Below, in pieces: positions 1 to 12,039 of a stretch of DNA of 64,000 nt (its first letter is position 1; every line of letters begins with the position of its first letter). This DNA is from Lama glama (lineage: Eukaryota). Position numbers and translations under genes: made by a program. The notes under the pieces were generated by a model, which saw only the letters and a program-made list of their open reading frames with translations, was not told the origin of the DNA and did no database searches. The stretch spans positions 66,652,001-66,716,000 of the forward strand of contig CM052816.1 in the NCBI GenBank assembly GCA_028534125.1. The letters are read 5' to 3'.

Positions 1-609
1 TACAATATAACCTCAAAAACTTATTACTCTCTTGTCTAAAATTTCTTTTTACTCTGTAGCCTGTAGAAGTATGAGATAGATCTGTATGCAGAAAAAGATG
101 ATCTAATATAATTAATAAGTGAAGAAAGCAAGCCAGATAGTATGCATAGTATCAATTCAGCTTTCTAATAAAAGCAATATACATGTTTGAACATCTATAA
201 AGTGTCTACAAGGATCTTCATCAGACATGTCTCATGTATGACTTCAGGTCCTCCCAGCCTCACCCATCTCCTGCCCTGGGCCCTGCTGGTTGGATGTCCT
301 GAGATGTGGTTTACCAGCCTTCTTAGAGGATGAGCCTGAGAGATTAGCAATCCGCAGCACTTAGCTGCTCCCAAGGAGATAATGCCAAATCCCTCTTTCC
401 CAGCTTCACATCCTTTATCCTCATTCCTGCCCATTGGATTGTCTACCTTAATAAAGTAGAATGCAGACATCTTTCTCTAAGACACACACGCAGAGCCTTA
501 GGAGTGGCCACATAGAAGAATGAGATTAAGAGTGAGGAATTTTGACCTTTCTTTTTCTGTGCTATTTTTTACTTTGGTTTTGATGAGCAGATACGACTTT
601 TCTTTTTTG

Positions 610-915
610 TAGAAGCTGAAAACAACACAAATTTATTATCTCATCTCATCTCATCTCATCTCATCTCATTTATTATCTCATTGTTCCCAAGGAACAGGAG
701 TCCAGGCACAGCTTAACTAGGTTCTCTGCAATCAAGATATCTCCTGGGCTTTGTTCTGTCTGGAGCATAGGGTCTTCTTAAAGCTCATGTGACTGTTGGC
801 AAAATTCAGCAGGGCTCAGGTCCTGTTTTGCTAACTGTCATCTTTTTGGGATTCACTCTCAGCTCCTAAAGGCTGCCTATAACTCCTCAATATGTGGTCC
901 TTTCCATGGTTGAAA
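610..915. mobile_element. MaLR solo LTR relic (MLT1-type)
   Basis: aaaacaacacaaatttattatctca...caggagtccaggcacagcttaactagg...gttggcaaaattcag resembles recalled MLT1 consensus; related segment at ~37350-37742. Confidence 0.65.
638..669. repeat. (ATCTC)n pentanucleotide microsatellite, ~6 units
   Basis: Directly visible tandem tcatc units. Confidence 0.9.
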
Positions 916-1189
916 CTTCCCAGCCTCATTAGATAAAGGAGGTTTTAAGGTAAACTATTTTCTATTTCTAAACAGATGTCTAGGCTAAGAAAAACTTCCA
1001 TTTTGATATTGCTCATCTTGTATGTTATTTAATGGTTTTCAAATGCCATCATTGAACCTAATCTACTATTTATTGCTCATAGCCAAAAAAGACTTTAAAA
1101 AAAAATAGGAGCCGATATCTCCTCTTCGACTTGTCTTTATAGTTAATTGTCCAAGGTAAGTCAAAATACATAGTTTTCAATTTCCTTGT

Positions 1190-2135
1190 GTTAAGTATAT
1201 AATTCTTTTTATACATTGTTGGATTTGATTTGCTAGTATATATTATTGAGGATTTTTGCATCTATGTTCCTGAAACTTATGTTGTTGTTTTTCTTGTGGT
1301 GTCATTGTTTGGTCTTGTTATTATGGTAACGTTGACCTCATAGAATTAATTGGGGAGTACTCGCTTTACTTCTATCTTCTAGAAGACACAGAGAGAACTG
1401 GTATAATTTCTTCCTCAAATACTGATAGAATTCACCAGTGAACCAATCTGGTCCTGGTACTTTGTGTTTTTTGAAGGCTATTAATTATTGATTCAATTTC
1501 TTTAATACAGGCCTTTCAAATTGTCTATTTCTTTTTGGTGTGAATTTTGACAGGCTGACTTTCAAGGAATTGGCCTTAGAATTTTTTCTAATTTAGGTTA
1601 TGGAATTTGTGCACAGAGTGTTCACAAAATTTATTTTTATCCTTTTAATGTCCATGGGAACTGTAGTGATGTTTCCTCTTTCATTTCTGATATTAATAAT
1701 TTGCGTCCTCTCTCTTTGTTTTTCAGTTAGCCTGGCTGGAAGCTTACCAAAATCACTGGTGAAATCACTGGTCTTTTCAAAGAACCAGCTTCTTTCTTTC
1801 TTCTTTTCTAATATATGAATACATGTTATTCTATAATGTGCATTTAATATTACAAATTTTCCTCTACACAGTTTTTCTGCATTTCACAAATTTTGATAAA
1901 TGGTGTTTTCATTTTCATTTAGTTCAAAATACTTAAAAATTTTTCAAGATTTCTTCTTCAACCCATCTGTTATTTAAAAGTGTGTTGTTTAAGCTCCAGT
2001 TTCAAGGGCAGCCATTTGTCTTGTGACCTTACTTCTCTGACAGACCTAAAAAGAGTTGCTGAATTTTTTAGTTTGCTCCGCTTTTTATTTGTTAAAATGG
2101 ACTCCCAAGCTCCTTTCATTCTGGACTGGAAAACC
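1190..2135 (-). mobile_element. Old L1M LINE-1 fragments (ORF2 part and 5' part), antisense
   Basis: ttggatttgatttgctagtatattattgaggatttttgcatctatgttc and gatagaattcaccagtgaaccaatctggtcctgg are typical antisense L1 ORF2. Confidence 0.85.
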
Positions 2136-2177
2136 ATGATTTCTTTTTAATTTTTTACTTTCAAATTTTCCAAACAA

Positions 2178-2305
2178 GATTGTAAGTTCTCTATGTCAGG
2201 AATTGAATAGATTTCACTCACAGCTGTATCCCGAGGACTTGCAAAAGCATGTGGCACATAATACATTCTCAAAAATTATCTACTGGATTAATGAATGAAT
2301 AAACA
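2178..2305 (+). mobile_element. L2 LINE 3' end
   Basis: gattgtaagttctc...tggcacataatacattctcaaaaattatctactggattaatgaatgaat matches the L2 terminus. Confidence 0.75.
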
Positions 2306-3103
2306 GTGGCAAACTGATATCTTCTACTGTCTTTACGTACCTGCTCTAACCCACTGCACGAAGAGTATTCAGCACGTTTGTTGTTCTATATTTTATAATG
2401 AGATGTACTTGCTTCTAGTATCTAATTGTATTTAAATCCCTTACATTTTTGTGGTTGTTTTCTCACTGTTTGCATTTGTCTTCCCTCGGACTTGTCTTTT
2501 AATGGGTTTTGTTCACTACTTTCCATATTTTACTTTCTCTGCATATTCCTTAGAGTCTAGTTTATATTTTATCTATCATTTCCACACTTAAAAGATTCGT
2601 TCCATTGTTCATCTCGTATCACTATAGGAAAGTCTTTTGGTAGCCTGAAATAGTACACATCCAAGTATCCTGGGACCACCTCCTGGGGAGGTGTCAAAGT
2701 GAGTCACTAAGTATCTGGTAAGAGTTTCCTTCTGAGTTAAGCTGTCAGTTACACATGGAACAACACTCCCTGATATCAATGAGTTAGATGAATAGGAAAG
2801 CACCCACCACCCTGCACACTAATAAAGGAAAATAAAGCAGAAAATTGTTTTGAAAGTCTCTTAATAGTCAGTGACTTACACTGATTTTCCATCCAGAAGG
2901 TACTCTGTTTTTTGCCCCCAGATAGCTAAGTGATAAGGCTCTACATACTCCAGAAATGGTCATCTTTATCTTTGGCATGGTAAACTGCTCAATAGCAGCT
3001 TGTCATTGGAAATTTTCAAATCTCAAATGTGCTAACCATTATGTAATACTCACAGGTTTTAGTTTTATAATCAACTTTTCTTTTTAGAGTAGTTATTGAA
3101 GTT

Positions 3104-3302
3104 TAAGGTTGTCAGATTTAGCAAATAAAAATACAGGCATACTCAGTTATGTAAAAATTTCAGAAAAACAATAAATACTTTTTTAGTATATTTGTGTCCA
3201 GTGCAATATTTGATACAAACTTAAGCTTAAAAAAAAGATTAAGTGTTGTTTTCTCTGAAATTCAGATTTACCTGGGTGTCCTGTATTTTTTCTTGCAACC
3301 TC
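3104..3302. mobile_element. MER53-like palindromic hAT MITE
   Basis: aggttgtcagatttagcaaataaaaatacagg ... cctgtattttttcttgcaacct; imperfect long terminal inverted repeats. Confidence 0.85.
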
Positions 3303-3857
3303 ACTCAAGTTATGCTTATGGTAAGTAGATGTTTGGGGAATTGATGCTCCTTGCTTTGTTTAGATCAAAAGTCTGATTTCAATTGTGTTAAGAATATTGT
3401 TGATGAAAGGATGAGCTAAATTACATGGAAGCCAAAGAAATGAGTCAGAATTGCAGCAGGAAGAATTTTGATTAGGTTTAAGGAAAGTTGTTTTGACTTA
3501 ACAACTCGGTTTTGGACATCTTGGAACAGAAACTTTTTCTCAATCTAAGTTTTTCAAGATCCCAGATCCACAGAGACATTACTGACTATAAACTCTTAAG
3601 ACATTCTAGGAATAGAGACCAAGTTGTTCTGAACAATGGAGAAAAGCAGATTGAATCCTTTTGAAAACTTAGATTGTTAACAAAGAGAATTTACTGGTTA
3701 TGCTTCAGAGGAATAAATAGTTGAAAGAAATGGAAAGCAGTAGAAATCTTTGTTTATAGGTGATGACACTACACAAAGTGTTCAAGACTGAATGGCTCAA
3801 AATATAGAAAATAATTTTGAATTTCAGATTCTACCTGACATTTTTCCATTTAGAAGT

Positions 3858-3955
3858 GGACTGTAAGCTCTCAGATGGCAGATCTTTATCCTCTGCATCT
3901 TGAACCGCCCTCTGTACCTTGCTAAGCAGATGCTCAGCAATATTTTCCAGCTGAG
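3858..3955 (+). mobile_element. L2 3' end fragment
   Basis: gactgtaagctc...ggcag...agcagatgctcagcaatatttt resembles the L2 terminal motif. Confidence 0.6.
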
Positions 3956-4039
3956 AGATTAAAATCCAAAATTGGTATGGAAGGAAGCATCTGCGCTTGA
4001 CCACAATGTTCCCTGTGAGCCATAACAGATCTCCCAGCA

Positions 4040-4380
4040 ACAAAAATGGCTAGTTTGCTCCCCTGTTCATGGCACTGATGAGCTGTCAAATCATCTTTGA
4101 GCTTCTTTCGTTGGTGTGTCCCAAGTTTTATTTTCTTTTCACTGATGTCATCCAAACCATCTTGTTTTTCTAGTTCTTCTTTGAACACTTTGATATCTTC
4201 CTGCTTTCCTTTCGCTTCTTCCAGCATCCATTCTGTTCCTTTTGCCTTTTTGATTTATCACTCACATTTCCTGCTTGTGTTCCCAGAGCAGTGTTTGCTC
4301 CATTAGAGGGATTTCCTTGTGGACAGTTCTGCCCAGAATATGTGATGCAATGTGGACAATGGAGAGAATCTGTTCAACTG
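4040..4380 (-). mobile_element. Possible ancient RTE-X/L4-type LINE ORF 3' relic
   Basis: Minus-strand translation ...SGNTSR...KGTEWMLEEAKGK...RRTRKTRW/LDDI (with frameshift) resembles the RTE C-terminal GHxxR...TEW...RGRPxxRWxDDI motif. Confidence 0.3.
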
Positions 4381-4659
4381 GTCACATGTCTTTTTTTCCT
4401 GTACTTTCAGCTAAACATATTTATCACCAACTAGTGTTTCTTAAATACTCCCATGCTCAGCACATTTTATCAGTAAAGGCACTGGTGAAAGTCAGACAGT
4501 CTTTCCTAAATCTTATGTTGCTTATGAAAGACTAATTTGACAGTTAATTTTTAAAGAGGCATTTCCTTTGTTTTTTTCTTTCACCTACTCTCTCCTTAAA
4601 ACACAAATCCTTAACCCTCCCCCCAAATCCTTTTCTAAATTTTTATTTATGTTTTTGAA

Positions 4660-5140
4660 AAGGTAATGCAAGTGTATGTTATAAAATTTGAAAGGTGCAG
4701 ATGATTTGGAGAGAAAGTAGGTACCCAAACCCCCAGTCCAGCCACTGTGCAACTCCCCTGACAAGGAAACGCTGTTTAGTGTGAGAATCCCTCCACGAAT
4801 GATGTACTCATACAAGTATAAAGATTTTTTTTTAATGCAAAAAGTAGTATAATTTAAACACTTCTCTGCCATTTGCTTTTTAAAATAATCTTTATCAGGA
4901 ATATAATTCCATTTTAGTACATATCAAGCTTCTTTTTAAAAAGGACTGCTTAATATTTCACTTTATAGCTGTATGATTTATTTTACAGGTACCTTTTGAT
5001 AGGCATTTAGAATGTTTCCCCCAACTTTTGCTACTACATACAATGCTGCAGTAAATATCCTTAAACATATGGTATTTCACATATGTTAATATCTATATGA
5101 TAAATTCCCAGAAGTAAAATTCTTGGGTCAAAGTCAAAAT
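4660..5140 (-). mobile_element. Old L1ME-type 3' region
   Basis: gataggcatttagaatgtttcc...ttttgctactacatacaatgctgcagtaaatatcctt...taaattcccagaagtaaaattcttgggtcaaag. Confidence 0.75.
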
Positions 5141-6736
5141 GTTGACTAGACTGTTTCAGTAATTATTGTGAAAGAATAGTCTCAAATAAGTTTTTGTTAT
5201 TGCCGTTGATCATAAAATCATACAGTAGACGGTCTCTATAGTTTTCCTTCCCACCAGGTGCACCTCATTTTGGCTATAACTTACATTCCAAATACCTGTA
5301 GAATTAAATCAAATTTTAAATATTCTGAGAAAGCTTACCATTCAAAGAAAACCTAAGGTGAATTTGTATAGAAATGTAAAGAGTGACAGGCAATTTGTTT
5401 TCTTTTAAGTTTTGATTTACTGAAATTTATGTAAATGAGAATTTAATGTAAACTTTTTTTGCCTTCATGTAGACCCTTGAAGGGGTCACTTGGAAGACAT
5501 TTTAGGGTCTGAGATGTGGGACATCAGAGATCTACAGATCACATTTGTACAGATCAATTCTAACACTGCCTCTGAATACCCAACCACATAAATTCTGCAA
5601 GCATTACAAGGGGAAATTCCCACTCTCTGTTTCTTTTTGCCTACGATGATTGAGTAGCTTGTCCAACTCACAGAGGCCTCCCTAAATTGTGCAGGGAAAC
5701 TTTTCTCCTTTGTTTTCAGAGGACAGTTTACATCCTTGAGGTACAGCTCCAACTCTGCTGTCACTCAGAGAAATCAGCCCTGCACTGACTAACGAGGATG
5801 AAGCAGCAATGGAAACATTTTATGTAAGTGATTCTCTACAACTGAGATCCCCCCAATCCAGACAAATATCATTTCTCTCTTTCCATGCTCAAGGAGTGGA
5901 AATAAGCCAAGACTTATTTTTTAACCTATGTTTAAACCTATTCTCTAGACTTTGATTTATAGCATTCAATTGAGGTTGGTGCTCTGGGAGCTTAGAGCTT
6001 CTTCTTGACATTTTCTAAATGTGTGTGTCATGGGATTAAAAAATGACAGGCCCAAAGGGTGACTGGCTTCACATCAAAGTTGTACTAGTTGCTGTCACAG
6101 GCCTCTTGTGCTGATATTTACATATCACCTGGTGATGGAAGTATGATGAAACTTACACTGAGAATTCTTCATGAGAAATCCAAATTTGCTTATGTTTGGT
6201 GACTTCTGGAAGGTCAAAGCCTGAGAAGCACCTTATTTGCTCTCACTCATGATGAAAGAAAATATTGGGCCCCTCTCAGTCACATGTATGGATTTGGGGG
6301 GAAATGGGGACAGATGGTTATGCAGTCTTCAAAAGGCATTATGCTGGAAAATGGCAATAAATATATCCCAGTAGATACAAGCTTAGCTTTTCACATAACT
6401 CCCAATAACAAACATTTCTTTACTCTTTCCCTTAGAAATCATTATCATCATTTTTAAAAATTACTTAGTTTACAATTGACACCTTCATGTTCATGCAAAG
6501 CTTCAGAAAAGGAAAAACACTTCACTGCTGCTGCCTGGTCACTGAGTCATCATCATCATTCATCAGGTAGCCTTCCCTCATTTACCCAAAACATTGCTGT
6601 AGAGTCAGCCCTTTACTCATGGGGGTAATTCTAGACAGATTATCTGAAATATGCTTTGTATCAAATACAGTACTGACTTCGTAGGATGGTTTGGAAGATT
6701 AAATGAGATAGCATATTGCTAAAGCTCTCTGGTTCA

Positions 6737-7069
6737 TAGTGCTGTCCAATAAAAATATAATACAAGTCACAAATGTGAACCACGTATGTAATTTCAAAGT
6801 TTCTTGTAACCCAGTTTAAAAAGTACGAAGGAACATTTGAAAATAGTTTTAATAGTGTTTTCTTTAATGCAGTGTACCTCAAACATTATCAACTCAACAT
6901 TTAAGCATTATAAAAACTATTAATGAAATATTTCACATTCCGTTTTTTGTACTCAGTCTTTGAAATCTGATGGGCATTTTACATTTAAAATACATTTCAA
7001 TTTAGATTGACTACATTCCAAGGGTTCAATAGCCACATGTGGATAAAGGCTAAGATATTAAACATTGTA
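6737..7069. mobile_element. MER33-like hAT-Charlie MITE
   Basis: gtgctgtccaataaaaatataatacaagtcaca...ttcaatagccacatgtgg matches recalled MER33 over ~330 bp. Confidence 0.85.
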
Positions 7070-8104
7070 CAAACATTCCATAACTATTAGCTATTTTAGC
7101 TCTATTAATATCCTTTTTCTCTTCTACTGGGTACCTTTTGACTCTACTCAGTATTTATTTACTTTTTCTTCGCATTATATCTATGTCTTGGTTGTTTTTT
7201 TTTTTTTCTTTCTTCTTCTAGAAAGAATACTCATTGAAAGGCACTTTTGTTTTCTGAAGAGGTTCATTCATTGTATATCCACTGAGAATTCACCATGTAC
7301 CAAGTTCTATGTGCTGTTTCCCAGATTTGCATTTCCATAATATGTGACAAAGCATCTTTCCCATGGTAGACACCCAATATATATCTGGTGCACACATTGT
7401 CTAGTTTTGCACATACATTCCTAAGTACTGTTTTTCAATAAAATTATGACTTTTATAGATTTTTCTTTTCAATTAATAAGCAGTAATCTTGAACAGTGAC
7501 AGTTTCTGCTTTGATTGGGCATGAAAATGTAGTCACTTATTATACAATCATATTCATTGTTAGTACACAATCATAGAGTGATTACTCCACTGACAGACTC
7601 TTACAAGATCTGCATTACCACTGGGAGGCACAAATTTGGCACAAGTTTTCACCTTTGTGTTGGAAATAAACAAAATTGGACATTTTTATTCAGTGTTTAA
7701 GTGATTAACCAAAATAACCTAACAGGAAAGTTCTGTACAAACTGTAAAAGCTATACAAATGTTAGTTGTCGGTATATTGTTATTAGTTTATAGAAGTTTT
7801 TGCCATCTGTTCCATAGAATGTTGACCCATGACAAGATGTTTGGGAGAAAATAAAATGGATCTGTGGTTAAACAAGTTGGATAGATAAGAAATTATATCT
7901 ATCATAATGCAGGGTTGAAGAGTAATGATAGATATTTAAATTAGGGTAAATTACAAAGGCCTTATAAATTTAGTAATAAAATCTATTTGACTTTGTTATT
8001 TGACCAAAGGAAATAATTTTGGGGGGTGGCAAATTTAACTTCTTCAAGACTGGTATACCACAGAACACAAATTGTGTCAAATTTTGGATGAAAGTAATAG
8101 TTGT

Positions 8105-8335
8105 ATAGGAATCAGAGGTCTAGATTTTAAGACTGACTCCCCACTACCTACAACTGAATCTTATTCAAGTCTTCTAAGCTCTCTGATCCTCAGTTTCTTT
8201 GAAAATGTACAAATCAGTGATTTTCCACTCTCACGCACACTATCATCACTTGTGGAATATTTAAAATATACAGATGGCTGAGCCCCACCCCCAAAGACTC
8301 GGACTCAATAGCTTTAGGTTGTGGCCTGGATGTCT
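8105..8335. mobile_element. MIR fragment followed by MER5-type hAT fragment
   Basis: ctctctgatcctcagtttctt (MIR core), then atatttaaaatatacagatggctgagccccacccccaaagactc (MER5). Confidence 0.65.
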
Positions 8336-8343
8336 GTCACGTG

Positions 8344-8361
8344 TACACACACACACACACA
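8344..8361. repeat. (CA)n microsatellite
   Basis: Visible. Confidence 0.85.
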
Positions 8362-8440
8362 TACCCACATATGTACATGCCAGATTACAAAGCAAAAGGT
8401 ATTGCTTATAATGAGCTAGTTGTAAGAATTTAGAGTGTAT

Positions 8441-9783
8441 CGGAGAAGGAAGATGGCAGAGTAGAAGGACGCTTGTAGCTCACCCTCTCCCACAAATACA
8501 CCAAAACTCACATCTATGGACCTACTCAGCCAGCCAGAGCACCTGCTGAACTCCGACAGAACATCGCCCTCTTTGAAAGACAAAGACACCAAAAATCTGG
8601 TAGGAGAAAAGGAAAAAAGAAAGAAGAAAAATCACAACAGTGTGGGACTGATCCCATGGGGAGGGAGCAGCAAAGGAGGACTGGTGCTCATTCGCTGGGT
8701 CCCCCCCTCCAACAGAGAGGCCAGCAGGATAGAAGGGGAACCTCAGAGGCTCAAAGCTGCCCCGAGTACCCCTTGACTGACAGAACTGAGTTAAACAGGC
8801 ACAAAGGTTTCCCATGACACCCAGCCCGAGATGCAAGCCAGCAGCTGGGGGCTGGGCCAGGCCGCCCAAGCCAGGTGGAGGACTAGGGCGGGTGCACTGA
8901 GGCAGCCCCAGGGAACTGCAGGGTGCTGCGTGCTGTGGCTGGGAGGGGATATGGAGCAGAACAACCTCGGTCCCCCATAAATTGCGAAAAAAGCAAAGCA
9001 ACACGGCTGCTATGCCCTGGGGGGAGGGGCACCGTAGCCTTTGTCTCCTCAGACCTGCACCGCCATTACTGGCACATCTTGCGAGAAGAGAGGTGGGGCG
9101 CAGCCACAGCTGCCATCTCCTCCTGTGTGCAGAACCCAGGCAGGGGCGTGGCTGAGACCTGAATCCACATCCCGAGGCTCCGCAACCTTCTAGGCAGGAC
9201 TGAGACTTGTTTACAGCCCGAGGCAGATAGGACCTTTCTGCCCTGGCACCTCAGAGAATTCGTGCCACCAAGACAAACAAGGAACTGAGATTTGGCACGG
9301 AGCAGGGGCAGGGCCGTTCCGCTGTCTTCCCCGAGCCCGCCTTCAGAGCGCCGACCCAAGGTAGAGCGGGCAGCTGCACAAAGCAGCGGAGCGACCAGCT
9401 CCAGGAGAGGGCAGGTGGCCACCCCTCTTCCTGGCGGGAAACAGCACCTGACCACAGTGCTCGGAGGGGGTGCAATCTGCCCACCTGCGCCCCCCCCCCC
9501 CAAGTGCAGCATCTGATTTGGCATCAGGAGGGGGAGTGACCCGCCTGCCCACTGGGTAAGAGCTCAGCTCCTGACCCAGTGTTAGAAGGGGGTGCGATCT
9601 GCTAGCCGACAGCCAATGGGAGCAGGACAGACAAGGGAGCCAACAGAGGGCCTCTGGAAACAGCAAGCTGAGTTCACCAAACAGGGTGAAGACACAAAAA
9701 CCTCCCGATAAAATCATTAAGAGCCCACCATCTCCAGGAGAACTAGATAACTGATACTTCTTAAGCCACAGTGCCAGAGAGAT
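8441..9783 (+). promoter_or_regulatory. L1 5'UTR internal promoter, GC/CpG-rich
   Basis: The clearest CpG-rich stretch in the window (about 8880-9620), directly upstream of the ORF1 ATG at 9784. Confidence 0.7.
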
Positions 9784-10507
9784 ATGAGCAATATGAAGAA
9801 GCAGAGGAACCACTCCCAATTAAAAGATCAAGAGAAATCCCCTGAAAGCACAATCAAGAAAATAGACATTAATGGCCTACTAGATCAAGATTTCAAAAAA
9901 GGACTGATCAAAGTACTGAAGGAACTAAAAGAAATAGTGTTTAGAGATATAAAATATGTCAAAAATGAAATAGAAGCTATAAAGAAGAACCAAGTAGAAT
10001 TAGTAGACTTATTTGTTGAGATGAGTGCTGACCTAAAGGCTGTACAAAGCAGGCTAGATAACGCAGAGGAATGAGTAAGTGACCTAGAAGACAGGACAAC
10101 AGAAAGCACCCAATCAGAACAGCTGAGAGAAAAAAAACAATGAAAACAATATAAGGGACCTATGGGATAATATAAAGTGTGCCAATCTACGCATAATAGG
10201 GGTTCCAGAAGGGGAAGAAAGAACAAAGGGGATTTGAAAAGGTATTTGAAGAAATCATGACTGAAAACTTCCCAAACCTAAAGAAAAAATCAGCTATCCA
10301 AGTACAGGAGGCTCAGAGGGTCCCAAACAAGAAGAACCCAAACAGACCCACACCAAGACATATCATAATCAAGATGGCCATAGTCAAGGATAAGGAAATG
10401 ATCCTAAAGGCAGCAAGAGAAAAACAAAGAGTGAGTTACAAGGGAACCCCCATAAGGCTCTCAGCTGATTTCTCTACACAAACACTACCGGCCAGAAGGG
10501 AGTGGCA
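9784..10507 (+). pseudogene. L1 ORF1p, inactivated (TGA at 10072-10074, frameshifts near 10130-10240), running into the gap
   Basis: ORF-track peptides 9784..10074 and 10257..10507 are recognisable ORF1p coiled-coil and RRM/CTD parts. Confidence 0.9.
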
Positions 10508-10607
10508 NNNNNNNNNNNNNNNNNNNNNNNNNNNNNNNNNNNNNNNNNNNNNNNNNNNNNNNNNNNNNNNNNNNNNNNNNNNNNNNNNNNNNNNNNNNNN
10601 NNNNNNN
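10508..10607. other. Assembly gap (exactly 100 N; true size unknown)
   Basis: Visible run of N. Confidence 1.
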
Positions 10608-12039
10608 TAACTGCCATGAATTACAAAAAGAATAAACACAAAATTGTAACAGAAGATATCTAAATCATTAAGAGTGGGAGAGGGAAGCAAGGAAAGCCAC
10701 TGTGGAAAACAGTACGGAGATTCCTCAAAAGAGTAGGAACAGACTTACCATATGACCCAGGAATCCCGCTCCTGGGCATATATTCAGAAGGAACCCTACT
10801 TCAAAATGACACCTGCACCCCAATGTTCATTGCAGCACTATTTACAATAGCCAAGACATGGAAGCAGCCTCGATGTCCATCAACAGATGACTGGATGGAG
10901 AAGATGTGGTATATTTATATGATGGAATACTATTCAGCCACAAAAACCGACAACATAACGCCATTTGCAGCAACATGGATGTTCCTGAAGAATGTCATTC
11001 AAAGCGAAGTAAGCCAGAAAGAGAAAGAAAAATACCATATGAAATCGCTCATATGAGGAATCTAAAAAGAAACAAACAAACAAAACATAAATACAAAACA
11101 GAAACAGACTCATAGAATACAAACTTGTGATGGCCAAGGGGGTGGGGGGTGGGGATGGACAGACTGTGATTTTAAAATGCAGAATAGATAAACAAGATTA
11201 TACTGTATAGCCCAGGGAAAAACATACAAGATCTTGTGGTAGCTCATAGCGAAAAAAAAAAGTGACAATGAATATATACATGTTCATGTATGACTGAAAA
11301 ATTGTGCTCTACACTAGAATTTTACACAACATTGTAAAATAACTATTACTCAATAAAAAAAATGTAAAAACAATAACGAAAAAGAAGTTAGGGTGAAAAC
11401 GGTCCCTAAATATTAAGCAGACATGGGAGGGGAGTACATCCATAAAATTGGGGAAGCTAAGCTTTGTGTTAGTAACAAAAGTTTGTAGAATGACTATCCC
11501 AGAAGATGCTGTGGAATCAGCTGGAACTCTGAGGCAAAGGACTCAAAGTATGTGAAATTGATCCCTCTATCAATTATTACATAGTTGGGATGTGTCATAC
11601 ATCTTAATTTTAGGATATCTCTGCTTCAACACTATATAATTCTTGATAAAATGATTAGTCTCTGATAAGACTCTTCTTTATTTGTGTGTTTTTAGAATTA
11701 AAGGAGAAAAATCAACCCAACAGACCTAATAAGAAATGTTAACAACTTCTTACGTAAGTTATATAATAGTTAATGTATTATAATAGCAACATATAGAATC
11801 CTAAATTCCATGTGAAACTAATCCTTATCACAGGGTTTTAGTTTTGGCATAAAGAAATAATTGGAACTTGAAAATGTAATACATTTTAAAACATTTATTG
11901 TATTAACTAATCAAAATAGGTTACTTGCTTTTTCCTTGCTTCTGCAGACCCAGCTAAATACATTTTGACCAAACCAGTAAGTAGACCCTTCCCTCACCAT
12001 GGGATTTTCTTTCTCATACAGATGTTAAAATGTTAAAGG

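Larger units (their letters stand above)
8441..11383 (+). mobile_element. Lineage-specific LINE-1 with 5'UTR, disrupted ORF1, near-complete loss of ORF2, 3'UTR and A-tail
   Basis: Starts ggagaaggaagatggcagagtag; ORF1 peptides (MKKQRNHSQLKDQEKSPE; ENFPNL...RPTPRHIIIKM...GTPIRLSADFS); ORF2 C-terminus (MFIAALFTIAKTWKQPRCPS); AATAAA at 11352; TSD aagaatttagagtg (8424-8437) vs aagaagttagggtg (11382-11395). Confidence 0.95.

Noticed and set aside
3835..3950. Minus-strand exon-like ORF LENIAEHLLSKVQRAVQDAEDKDLPSESLQSTSKWKNV with AG/GT borders
   Set aside because: The + strand matches the L2 3' terminal motif, so the open frame is probably fortuitous
8516..9819. Several 150-160 aa antisense ORFs (ORF0-like?)
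   Set aside because: They lie in the GC-rich L1 5'UTR where stops are rare; low-complexity peptides with no recognisable homology; ORF0 is described for primate L1
10508..10607. N gap as the explanation for the missing ORF2
   Set aside because: The inter-ORF/ORF2-end junction is in called sequence at 10696/10697, downstream of the gap; misassembly is still not fully excluded
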